Source: Deltaproteobacteria bacterium (GTDB lineage Bacteria > Bdellovibrionota_B > Oligoflexia > Oligoflexales > Bog-1112). Taken from it: 64,000 nt of DNA. Both the position numbers and the translations under genes were made by a program. The stretch lies in the NCBI GenBank assembly GCA_016186945.1, contig JACPKR010000038.1, forward strand, positions 15,472-79,471, read 5' to 3'. Below the pieces are notes generated by a model. The model was given only the letters and a program-made list of their open reading frames with translations. It searched no databases and had not been told where the DNA came from. Positions 37,704 to 45,760 of the stretch are shown here, piece after piece (within the stretch, counting starts at the first letter, position 1; every line of letters starts with the position of its first letter).

Positions 37704-38405
37704 ATGACCATTACAAGAAAGGAGATCCGCAAGTTCCTGAACAAGAAAATTGCTCATCTGAACGACATCATTGCGGATATTGACATCCTCTTGAGCAAGC
37801 TGGAGACGGAATTCTATCGTGTCGCCATCTTTGGTTCTGCTCGCATAGGGCCGGATTCCCCTATTTATAAGGATGCCTACGAGTTGGCGTATCAACTTGC
37901 TATGCGCGGCGTTGACATTGTGACGGGTGGCGGACCTGGCCTTATGGATGCTGCCAATAAGGGGGCGAAAGAAGGTGGGCAGCACTCTCGCTCCATCGGC
38001 CTTCCCATCGCCCTTCCCTTCGAAGTAGGTACGAACGCCCACTTGGATGTAAAGCGCGAGCACAGACGCTTCTCCTCCCGTCTCGATGAATTCATGAGGA
38101 TCAGTCACGCTGTGGTCGTGACCCCTGGGGGGATCGGAACTCTGCTCGAATTCATCTACACATGGCAGCTAATGCAGGTAAAACATATACCTGCACGACC
38201 CATTTTGCTCCTCGGGGGCGATAAAATGTGGCCCGATTTTCTGCACTGGATGAAGAAGTGGTCACTGGCACAAAAACTGATGAATAAGGAGGATTTTACG
38301 AATATTTCATTTTGTAAGTCGATTCAGGATGTTATAATGAAGCTAGAACCCGACATAAAACGGTTTCAAAGCCAGGCAAAAAAAACTGAGGAAACCATAA
38401 CTTAG
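37704..38405 (+). CDS. LOG-family (TIGR00730) nucleotide N-ribohydrolase-like protein
   Basis: TGGGPGLMDAAN and PGGIGTLLE motifs. ATG at 37704 is preferred. Confidence 0.75.
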   Translation: MTITRKEIRKFLNKKIAHLNDIIADIDILLSKLETEFYRVAIFGSARIGPDSPIYKDAYELAYQLAMRGVDIVTGGGPGLMDAANKGAKEGGQHSRSIGLPIALPFEVGTNAHLDVKREHRRFSSRLDEFMRISHAVVVTPGGIGTLLEFIYTWQLMQVKHIPARPILLLGGDKMWPDFLHWMKKWSLAQKLMNKEDFTNISFCKSIQDVIMKLEPDIKRFQSQAKKTEETIT

Positions 38406-38434
38406 TCTTGAGGAGTGGGTTTGGGAAGGTCATC

Positions 38435-39475
38435 ATGAAACACAGAATTGAATTGCGCTTCTTGGCTTCGTTTGGGTTTCTCGTTGCAAGCTTGACCTTT
38501 ATTTTTGTGACCTTGCTTTCCCAAAAACCGTCTGGTTCCTTTCGTGATCCCATCGAAACAGTGGAAAAAAAGCCGGAGAGAAAGAAAGAAGTTCCATCGA
38601 TTAAAGAAGCTGCTCCTCTGAAAGAAGAACCTGCCAACATCGAACTTGCCGATACCTTCTCCATTGGGCAAAAACAAGCTGAGCAAAATAGAACGTATGC
38701 AAGTAACTCTGCTAGCGCTCGTCCCCAGGACCAACCAACCCTTTCCTTTTCTGACGCTGAGGAGATGTTGAACCAGGCAACGGAGCTGATCAACAAAGGC
38801 TCGCCGTTGGAAGCCAAGCGCCTCCTTGAACAAATTGTGAAAGACCACCCCGACCACGACGCTGCCATCACCGAGCTGGCTCTTATACATCTGCTCGATT
38901 TGAAAGACCCAGCGACCGCTCAAGGTTTGCTAGAGAAAGCCGCCGGCATTAATCCAGACAATCGCATCGCTCTGGGTGAGCTTGTAGAGATTTATAGCGA
39001 GGTCGACCAAGGAAAGGGGTTCACGTTCCTACGTAACTTGCAGGAGCAAAACCCCTATAACCCAAATGTTGCGCAAGCGCTCGGCCAGCTATTTCTCGAA
39101 GATCAACCAGCAGCCGCAGCTCCGTATCTCGAATCTGCCGTGCGCAACGGTAACACCAGTGCCCTACCCGAACTTGCGGAAGCGTATACTGCTGCGGGAA
39201 ATTACCCGAAAGCCATTGAAGTCAGACAGAGAGAAGAAGACCTGGCGCGTGAAAAATTTGAGGCGGGAGGCAACGAATTTGACAAAGAACACCGAATTAC
39301 CAGCGCCATGAATGTAATCTCGCTTCACCTGGAAATGGGTAATAAAAAACAGGCAGAAGAAAAACTTGCCGAACTAAAAGCGATCGTGGCGAACGACAGG
39401 GAATACCTTTCCATCCTCGATCATTTCAACATGAGTCAACGTAGTAACGAACGCCCCGTTGATGAACGCTTCTAA
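38435..39475 (+). CDS. membrane-anchored TPR-repeat protein
   Basis: N-terminal TM segment, charged linker and several TPR-like A/L/Y-rich helical repeats. Confidence 0.55.
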   Translation: MKHRIELRFLASFGFLVASLTFIFVTLLSQKPSGSFRDPIETVEKKPERKKEVPSIKEAAPLKEEPANIELADTFSIGQKQAEQNRTYASNSASARPQDQPTLSFSDAEEMLNQATELINKGSPLEAKRLLEQIVKDHPDHDAAITELALIHLLDLKDPATAQGLLEKAAGINPDNRIALGELVEIYSEVDQGKGFTFLRNLQEQNPYNPNVAQALGQLFLEDQPAAAAPYLESAVRNGNTSALPELAEAYTAAGNYPKAIEVRQREEDLAREKFEAGGNEFDKEHRITSAMNVISLHLEMGNKKQAEEKLAELKAIVANDREYLSILDHFNMSQRSNERPVDERF

Positions 39476-39965
39476 GGCACATTCCCAAAAACGAGTGTTC
39501 TTCGGTTTCAAAGTAATTACTGATTGGCCGACTGAGTTACCGAGGGGACGCCTAGTTCCAGAAGCCTGTCGACACGTGACCTTTGCCTTCCTGGGCGAGG
39601 TAGCATGGGAAAAACTCAAACCGCAGCTTAACGATATTCCCTTACCACCAAGCTCCACCTCGTCAGCAAGATTTACAGGTACGCTCTTCCTTCCCCCTGA
39701 TCGCCCTCGTGTGGTCGCATGGGAACTTCAATTCTCCGACGCGCGTATCCTGAGTTACCAGCAACGACTTTCCCTAACTTTGCAAGGCTTAGGTTACGAA
39801 CGGGAGGAACGCCCCTTTCTCCCTCACATGACCATTGCTCGCGCGCCGTTTGTTCCGGAAGAGTGGGCGGCGTTCCCCTTACCCGAAAAGGTCGTAAAAC
39901 TGGAAGGCCTCCACCTCTTCGAAAGTCTGGGTAACATGCAATACCAATCCCTCTGGCACACCTAG
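39459..39965 (+). CDS. thpR: RNA 2',3'-cyclic phosphodiesterase (2H family, LigT/ThpR)
   Basis: Two H-x-T-x motifs (RHVTFAF and PHMTIAR) at the spacing typical of 2H phosphoesterases. Confidence 0.7.
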   Translation: MMNASKAHSQKRVFFGFKVITDWPTELPRGRLVPEACRHVTFAFLGEVAWEKLKPQLNDIPLPPSSTSSARFTGTLFLPPDRPRVVAWELQFSDARILSYQQRLSLTLQGLGYEREERPFLPHMTIARAPFVPEEWAAFPLPEKVVKLEGLHLFESLGNMQYQSLWHT

Positions 39966-40039
39966 ACTCACGGTGCCCGCTGCTTGTAGCAAGTCACGGT
40001 GGTATAATGTTAAAAACAACTTCAAAGAAAGGTTTTGGC

Positions 40040-41311
40040 ATGACGACGTATTGTGCAAGATTAATTGCATCGTTTGTTCTCCTTTACTCAGCTTCCTTGC
40101 TGGCTACAAACGGAGCAAACCTTATCAGTTCCACCACAGCAAGTCGGGGGATGGGAGGAACGGGCGTAGCGCATTTCCATGATGAAAGAACTGCGGCCAT
40201 TATGAGTCCTTCCCTGCTTTCAAAGTCCATGCTCCCAGACGGAGGGTGGAACTTCGGTCTTGATCTGACGTATCTGAACGGGAACGTCAGGTCTGATGTT
40301 CGCAACTATACCGACACGGTTTCCAGTGGGGAGAAGGAGAGTAAGCACAGGCCTGGGTACATTCCGGCGATCGCTGCCGTTAACCGGGTAAATGAGCACC
40401 TTGTGTGGGGTTTCGTTTACTACGGAGCTGCTGGTTCTATGGTGGACTACAAGGATGAAGTGACTCACAGCAAGCTTAAGGTCGAATACGGAATGGCGCG
40501 CCTCGGTGTAGCCGCGAGTTACAGACAAGAAAAATTCAGCTTCGGTCTGGCCCCTCTCTATAACATGGGAAATTTTGCCATCAATACGAGAGAGGCAAGC
40601 GGTGAACAGTCTTCGCGCAAACCCGACACTCAAGGTGCGTTTGGAATTCAGGTGGGGGCATCGTTGTTTCTCCTGGACGAGTTGACCGTCTCGTTAACCT
40701 ACTTGAGTCCAGCAAAGTTCAAATATAAAGGGGTTGTAGATCTCGATGCCTACACGCTTACAGAAGCTGATGGTAAGCTTGATGACCTTTCCCTAGACCA
40801 ACCCACGGAACTTGCGTTTGGGCTAAGCTGGTTGCCCATAACTGACCTTGGCCTCGCCTTGGATTTCAGAAGCTTAGACTGGGCAGCTACGGAAGGCTTC
40901 GGAGATATCGGCTGGAAGCGTCAACTTGTCATCGCCCTCGGAGGCAAGTACAGAATCGATGCCTTCACTCTGCGAGCTGGGGTGAACATGGCCAATGGTC
41001 CTATTGAAGATGTCTCGGGCGAAGTCGGTTTGGAAACAAGCGATGTCAGTGGGAAGGCGCTCACCAAAGCGGGGATCAGTGGTCTCAACGCAGTCGGCTT
41101 CCCTGCTATCAGTGAGACGCATTACACACTTGGCCTTGGTCACATGGTGAACGAACAATTTTCCTGGGATCTCGCCTTTATGATGAGTCCTAAGGCTAGC
41201 CTTGAGCGAAGCGGCACGGTTACCAGCCCAGCAGGATCGGCTCCTTACTCCTTAAAAACGTCAGTCTCTCAATACGCCTTTTCCGCAGGGGTGAGTTATA
41301 ATCTTTGGTAG
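40040..41311 (+). CDS. outer-membrane transport protein (FadL/OMPP1/TodX family)
   Basis: Signal peptide, alternating beta-strand pattern, and a C-terminal aromatic residue (YNLW). Confidence 0.6.
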   Translation: MTTYCARLIASFVLLYSASLLATNGANLISSTTASRGMGGTGVAHFHDERTAAIMSPSLLSKSMLPDGGWNFGLDLTYLNGNVRSDVRNYTDTVSSGEKESKHRPGYIPAIAAVNRVNEHLVWGFVYYGAAGSMVDYKDEVTHSKLKVEYGMARLGVAASYRQEKFSFGLAPLYNMGNFAINTREASGEQSSRKPDTQGAFGIQVGASLFLLDELTVSLTYLSPAKFKYKGVVDLDAYTLTEADGKLDDLSLDQPTELAFGLSWLPITDLGLALDFRSLDWAATEGFGDIGWKRQLVIALGGKYRIDAFTLRAGVNMANGPIEDVSGEVGLETSDVSGKALTKAGISGLNAVGFPAISETHYTLGLGHMVNEQFSWDLAFMMSPKASLERSGTVTSPAGSAPYSLKTSVSQYAFSAGVSYNLW

Positions 41312-41360
41312 CAAGGAGGAGGTTTGGAGGAAACTGCGCAGCTGGTTCCTCCAAGAAATC
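41311..41360 (+). mobile_element. MITE-1 copy 10 (core only)
   Basis: GCAAGGAGGAGGTTTGGAGGAAACTGCGCAGCTGGTTCCTCCAAGAAATC, occupying the whole 47-nt spacer between convergent stops. Confidence 0.8.
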
Positions 41361-42390
41361 ACTTGCTGTCACTCGAAAGTAGATGAAGGTTGGGAGCGTG
41401 TTCGGATTTTCGATCTTGCGCAACGAGGAAGCGGTGGCCAGGGAGAACCACAAACGCTTCGGCACCGCTTATATTCTTAGGCAATCCCCAAGTGTTGACA
41501 AAAGTCATTTTGTTCTGATCGAGGGAAAGTTCACCAATTTGAGCAATCATCCTGCATTTCTGACTTAGGATGTACAGATTGCCTTCACTATCTGCAGAGA
41601 CCTCGCTTAAATCACAGGGACGGAAGTCTGCGGGAAGTTTCCAGTAATGCAACGGTACGTATGACGTGTGGGACGTATTGAGTGGAAATGTGTCCTTGCT
41701 CCTTATTAACGAACTTATCTGATAACCTTCCGCTGGGTCATCTGCCGGGCCGAATTCAATCATCGCTGCTTTCTCTCGTTCCTTCGCAACCATAATGTGA
41801 CCGTTTTTGAGTAGAACCATACCTTCTCCCAAGGCATTTTCCTTGAGGTCACGCCGATTCCTTGTCAGCTCGAAGTGTTCCAGGTTGATCACTCCTTCGA
41901 CTTCTGTGCTGTCCCTGCGGATGACGACGATTGAGGCAAACTGCTCATGAAGGAGGTATATTCTCCCGGAGGCATCGCTTTTTATAGCTTCCCACTGACT
42001 TGTCATACTTTTCTTGAGCTTGTGACAGTCGGGAATGCGGTCACTGTGACAAATAGCAAAGTAATCAACGATCGAGTCGGTGTAGTCGATGACCTCGGAG
42101 TTTTCCACGAGTCTGCTTGTAAGATTGAAGTGGGTGAAAAGAACTTGGGCGTATCTGTCTCCTACCGCTAAGAGTTCGAAGGTATCGTTTTTCAGAGGAC
42201 GAGCGTCCAGCCCGGATATTTCTCGCAGGGGAAGGTAGAACGTCTGGTCAATCTGTAGCTCGTTTGCCCCCGAAGCGTAATTTTCAAACGTTCCACTCAC
42301 AAAGGACGTGAGGTAAAGGATGACCGAAAAATAGCCCGCCATCATTATGATTCTTATAGGTCTGCGTCTTAACGCTGCTGCACTTACCAT
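41359..42390 (-). CDS. membrane-anchored beta-propeller-like protein (SdiA-regulated/YjiK-like?)
   Basis: N-terminal TM segment. Recurrent blade-like motifs (EISGLDA..., GEGMVLLKNGHIMVAKE, DLSEVSADSEGNLYILS, GAEAFVVLPGHRFLV). Confidence 0.4.
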   Translation of the reverse strand: MVSAAALRRRPIRIIMMAGYFSVILYLTSFVSGTFENYASGANELQIDQTFYLPLREISGLDARPLKNDTFELLAVGDRYAQVLFTHFNLTSRLVENSEVIDYTDSIVDYFAICHSDRIPDCHKLKKSMTSQWEAIKSDASGRIYLLHEQFASIVVIRRDSTEVEGVINLEHFELTRNRRDLKENALGEGMVLLKNGHIMVAKEREKAAMIEFGPADDPAEGYQISSLIRSKDTFPLNTSHTSYVPLHYWKLPADFRPCDLSEVSADSEGNLYILSQKCRMIAQIGELSLDQNKMTFVNTWGLPKNISGAEAFVVLPGHRFLVAQDRKSEHAPNLHLLSSDSK

Positions 42391-42398
42391 TTTCCACC

Positions 42399-43121
42399 TC
42401 AGGAGCCAAGTCGACCGTTAGGATAGAACACGTTAATACTTGAGCCTTTATCCATTTCCTCCAATCGATGGGTCAAATCACTCAAATGGACTTGTCGCAA
42501 ATTAGCTATATTGAATACGAACGAGGTGATCCCGTCGTAAGTTCGGGAACTCACGAACTCGAAACTTCGACACCTGGCTTTGCGAATTTCCGACTCCAGA
42601 TCGGTCAACCTCGTGTCCATCTTTGTATTAAAGGTCAGGACGGCGAAATTTTTCCCGCTAAGAGAAGCAGGTCGAAAAAAGTTCCTTGTGAGTGAGTAAA
42701 TAAGGAAGATAAGGATAAGCCCCGCTCCTATCAACGGTTTTACAATCGCCGTCGACACCGAGCAGGCAAGGGCAATAACAATAAAGGCAACGTCCTCCGC
42801 TCGCTTCACGGGAGAGCGGAAGCGCACGAACGAGAGGGTTCCTAACAATCCGACGGAAAGAGGCAGACTGAACTGTATCACCCAAAAAATCGTCATCAAG
42901 GCTGGGGTTAACAGGATCAGACTTCGGGAAAGACTGGCATCCACCGGTTCGTTTTCCCTGTAGTAGACATTGTAAAGCTGATGCAACATCACCCCGTAAA
43001 TCAGTGCCACCGTTAGCATGATGACGAAAGTCCACGACTGCGGAGAACTTAGATCCAAATCCTGTACGTCCGCCACTCCCATGAGCTGGTAAAAGTAATC
43101 CATCACAACCCCCTTCCACAA
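42399..43121 (-). CDS. DUF4956-like integral membrane protein
   Basis: Four N-terminal TM segments and a soluble C-domain. Abuts the VTC-domain gene, the usual partner of DUF4956. Confidence 0.5.
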   Translation of the reverse strand: MWKGVVMDYFYQLMGVADVQDLDLSSPQSWTFVIMLTVALIYGVMLHQLYNVYYRENEPVDASLSRSLILLTPALMTIFWVIQFSLPLSVGLLGTLSFVRFRSPVKRAEDVAFIVIALACSVSTAIVKPLIGAGLILIFLIYSLTRNFFRPASLSGKNFAVLTFNTKMDTRLTDLESEIRKARCRSFEFVSSRTYDGITSFVFNIANLRQVHLSDLTHRLEEMDKGSSINVFYPNGRLGS

Positions 43122-43847
43122 CTAGTCTTCATTCAGAATCTGCAACCCCAACATGAACTTCGAAAAGGAAACCTGCTGCAAAGCGATCAACCCGATGAAC
43201 GGAAGCTTCGGACGTGTCTGCATCGTCTTGATTTCTAACACGTGCCAGGGAAGCGTTGCGTTCGATATCCGACGAGGCAAACCGTTTGCCATAGAGAACA
43301 CCTCGATGTTCGTATCAAGCGTAATGCGATAATCATACGCACGGTACCGAAAACGGTAATACTTGACACGGATCGAGGGCAAAAGAGGCCCCATCCTCTG
43401 AGCATTGTAGGCAATCGTCTGAAACTGGACGTCATTGGGATCTTTGGGGAACAAGTCTTCCCAGTTAGGTGCCATGCCAAGGGGCGAACTTGCCGTAACA
43501 ATCCTTGCCTTGTACTTGCCCACACCGAACAAGTCTTTCATCTTCTGATGAACTTGTAGGTAGGTGCCTCCCCCATAACCCCTGATGCGAAACTTGGTTT
43601 TTTGAGAATCCCCGTTCTGACATTCGTCTAAGAAACGCTCATTGGGTGTATCGTAGTATATCGAATCAACTATCCCCTCAGGAAAGGGATCCGAACCTCC
43701 ACAAAACTCCTCGAGGACGTTACGGACGAAGTGAAGAGACTCGTGCGGCACCATGAACTTGTACTCGTAGTACGAGAACCGAGCCGGATGAGGAGGATTT
43801 GCAAAAATCGTAAGCCTATTTGGCGTACCTGTCATAACTCCCCCCAC
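43122..43847 (-). CDS. VTC-domain (polyphosphate polymerase-like) protein
   Basis: YEYKFMV start, FRIRGYG and a Tyr/Arg/Lys-rich triphosphate-tunnel pattern typical of bacterial VTC/CYTH-like proteins. Confidence 0.55.
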   Translation of the reverse strand: MGGVMTGTPNRLTIFANPPHPARFSYYEYKFMVPHESLHFVRNVLEEFCGGSDPFPEGIVDSIYYDTPNERFLDECQNGDSQKTKFRIRGYGGGTYLQVHQKMKDLFGVGKYKARIVTASSPLGMAPNWEDLFPKDPNDVQFQTIAYNAQRMGPLLPSIRVKYYRFRYRAYDYRITLDTNIEVFSMANGLPRRISNATLPWHVLEIKTMQTRPKLPFIGLIALQQVSFSKFMLGLQILNED

Positions 43848-43943
43848 TTTCTTTATTGTGGGTTATTTGACTACTTTCATTGTAGTCGGGGAGATGTAAA
43901 AAAGCAATATTTACAATTAGTTATAAATACAGGTAGACGACTC

Positions 43944-44033
43944 AAAGTTTATATTGAAGTTTTTGAAAAGGGGCTTGGGGAAAGAACTTTTTTCAAAAAG
44001 TTTTTCCCCAAATTGATTATCTTGAATGCTATA
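43944..44033 (+). mobile_element. MITE-2 copy F (right half only)
   Basis: AAAGTTTATATTGAAGTTTTTGAAAAGGGGCTTGGGGAAAGAACTTTTTTCAAAAAGTTTTTCCCCAAATTGATTATCTTGAATGCTA|TA. Confidence 0.75.
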
Positions 44034-44070
44034 TATGATTAAGCCAATTAAGGAAGCGTGGCGGAGATCT

Positions 44071-44271
44071 TTATTTCTTGCGAAGAAACTCCCGCACATT
44101 GGCCTGTTCCAGGGCTTTCCAATTTCTGTATGCGGTTTCAGTATTGCAGCCGATTGTCTTTACAACCTGATAAGGCGTTTGATCGGGATTCAGATATATT
44201 TGCCAGACAATATCTGCTCTCCAGTTAGCGCCAAACAAAGCCCGCAGTCGCAACCAAAAGTGGTGACGCAA
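44071..44271 (-). CDS. small ORF, possible HTH fragment or gene remnant
   Basis: TTG start. PYQVVKTIGCNTETAYRNWKALEQ resembles a helix-turn-helix. The upstream ORF 44301-44627 is in another frame, suggesting a broken gene. Confidence 0.2.
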   Translation of the reverse strand: MRHHFWLRLRALFGANWRADIVWQIYLNPDQTPYQVVKTIGCNTETAYRNWKALEQANVREFLRKK

Positions 44272-44479
44272 TACATAGTCCCGATTGAGTAGTTTTTTCT
44301 CTACCCCTGCAATATCGCCCAGCGTTTATTTGCACCCATAAAGTTTGCTATGCCACCGATCCACGCTTTGGTGGTCATTGGAGAGACTCGAATTAAGGCT
44401 TTCAGACGTTCAATATGGAGAAGGTCCCCATAATTTTGGAGCCAACAAAGGACGAGTTTGAGAGTTTTGCTGTCACCAG

Positions 44480-44643
44480 GCGTAAGCCACTTGGGGCAAG
44501 GAGGTGGTTTGGAGGAAACTGCGCAGCTGGTTCCTCCAAGAAAAATCATGGGGGAGCGACCCTTCGCTTTGCTCAGGGCAGGCTTTTCCCTCGCCCCCCC
44601 AAACCCCCCTCTCCCTATTTGCCCCAAGTGGCTTACCCATTAC
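44480..44643 (+). mobile_element. MITE-1 copy 11 (long subfamily, both TIRs)
   Basis: GCGTAAGCCACTTGGGGCAAGG...core...plus the extra segment GAGCGACCCTTCGCTTTGCTCAGGGCAGGC...TTTGCCCCAAGTGGCTTACCCATTAC. Confidence 0.85.
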
Positions 44644-44921
44644 ATCCACAGTAATTAACATTCTGTATTTATTTAATAATTTACATTAATTTTGTTTGAA
44701 AATCGCAGATCTCATGAAAGAGGTTCCTTTCGGGGGGATAAAAGTTTGTAAGACACACCTAAACCCGAAGCAGCAACAAAAAAGACTGCTGGAATAAAAT
44801 ACCCCACGGCGCCGGATGCAGCGCGTGCTCACGATGTCATTGGATCCACTTTCTACATTGCGTAATGCTAGTTATGTCTCAGGGACTAAAGTTCGGCCCT
44901 GGACATCCGATATACATATTG

Positions 44922-44939
44922 CTATTGTATTGACAATAG
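44922..44939. promoter_or_regulatory. perfect palindrome upstream of the toxin-antitoxin pair (operator candidate)
   Basis: CTATTGT-ATTG-ACAATAG, 19 nt upstream of the ATG at 44958. It contains TTGACA. Confidence 0.25.
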
Positions 44940-44957
44940 CAGCTGGTGGAGCCGCTG

Positions 44958-45245
44958 ATGAAGTTCGTATTTACGGGGCGAATCAGACAGAAACTGAAAG
45001 AGAAACATGGTGTTATCCCCGAAGAAGTTAAGCAGTGTTTTTGTAACCGGGCTGGGCGCTTTCTTGAAGATACGAGAGAGGAGCACCGGACCGCTCCACC
45101 CACACAGTGGTTTATCTCCGAGACAGAAACCGGGAGACGACTCAAGGTGGTTTTCGTCGAGGATGTTGATGAAGGCGTCGTCTACATCAAGACCACTTAC
45201 GAACCGAACGCCACCGAGGAGAAGATTTATGGCAAATACAGTTAA
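44958..45245 (+). CDS. BrnT-like (DUF497-related) toxin candidate
   Basis: About 95 aa. The pattern KL..KHGV..EEV.Q.F......ED.R......T......T..GR.LKVVF........I.T.Y.P resembles BrnT-type toxins. Overlaps the downstream antitoxin gene by 17 nt. Confidence 0.45.
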   Translation: MKFVFTGRIRQKLKEKHGVIPEEVKQCFCNRAGRFLEDTREEHRTAPPTQWFISETETGRRLKVVFVEDVDEGVVYIKTTYEPNATEEKIYGKYS

Positions 45246-45507
45246 GAGAGAGAAACAGTCACTTGAATTTGTCGATGACTCGGATCGTTGGGAGAGCGGC
45301 GAGTTGGGTGCTGACGAGAATTCCGTTCGCGTATCCACCCAAGGCACGGAATCTAGGATCGATGAAGGTCTTGGCCTTCAGATGGTGTCCATGCGGCTGC
45401 CGAAGGATGTGGTGGAACAGTTCAAGGTTCTGGCTAGGGAGCAAGGGCTTGGTTATCAGCCATTCATTCGGCAGATCCTGATGAACTACCTGCGGGATCA
45501 TAAGTAG
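45229..45507 (+). CDS. BrnA/CopG-like ribbon-helix-helix antitoxin candidate
   Basis: The internal ATG at 45229 gives a 92-aa protein. The C-terminal VSMRLPKDVVEQFKVLAREQGLGYQPFIRQILMNYL matches the RHH antitoxin pattern. Confidence 0.5.
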   Translation: MANTVKREKQSLEFVDDSDRWESGELGADENSVRVSTQGTESRIDEGLGLQMVSMRLPKDVVEQFKVLAREQGLGYQPFIRQILMNYLRDHK

Positions 45508-45622
45508 GTTGACGATGACTCTTCCCACAAACGATGGGGTCTTGAACTGTCTTAGTTGGCACGTTCTTTGCGTTATTTCCAGACGTAGTGTTTTTCACAA
45601 ACGTCCGTAAGGACTACGCCGC

Positions 45623-45652
45623 GAGAGAGAGTAAGATTCCTTACCCTCTCTC
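45623..45652 (+). terminator. strong stem-loop downstream of the TA pair
   Basis: GAGAGAGAGTAAG-ATTC-CTTACCCTCTCTC (13-bp stem, 1 mismatch) followed by TTCCTT. Confidence 0.35.
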
Positions 45653-45675
45653 TTCCTTGACTTTGCATCAGCCCT

Positions 45676-45746
45676 GGGCAAGGAGGTGGTTTGGAGGAAA
45701 CTGCGCAGCTGGTTCCTCCAAGAAATCCACGGGGGGGAGGCGGCTC
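45676..45746 (+). mobile_element. MITE-1 copy 12 (core plus the ...GGGGGGGAGGCGGCTC variant end)
   Basis: GGGCAAGGAGGTGGTTTGGAGGAAACTGCGCAGCTGGTTCCTCCAAGAAATCCACGGGGGGGAGGCGGCTC, the same variant end as the 49410-49498 copy. Confidence 0.8.
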
Positions 45747-45760
45747 TAAACAACTCCATG

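Noticed and set aside
38332-38923. Long antisense ORFs inside confidently called genes (e.g. 38332-38871, 38402-38923, 37698-38108, 34204-34728, 35978-36517, 27841-28260, 28092-28547, 7663-8043, 8644-9066, 32357-32854, 19487-19948, 24913-25380, 61626-62276)
   Set aside because: They are shadow ORFs opposite genes with clear family motifs. They have no start context or recognisable domains.
44301-44627. 108-aa ORF on the minus strand
   Set aside because: Its N-terminal half is MITE-1 sequence. Only the C-terminal ~60 residues are unique, and they are out of frame with the adjacent 44071-44271 ORF. It is treated as a remnant, not a gene.
45007-45228. Upstream 74 codons of ORF 45007-45507
   Set aside because: This part overlaps the toxin gene in another frame. 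The RHH antitoxin-like sequence begins at the internal ATG 45229, giving the typical short TA overlap.
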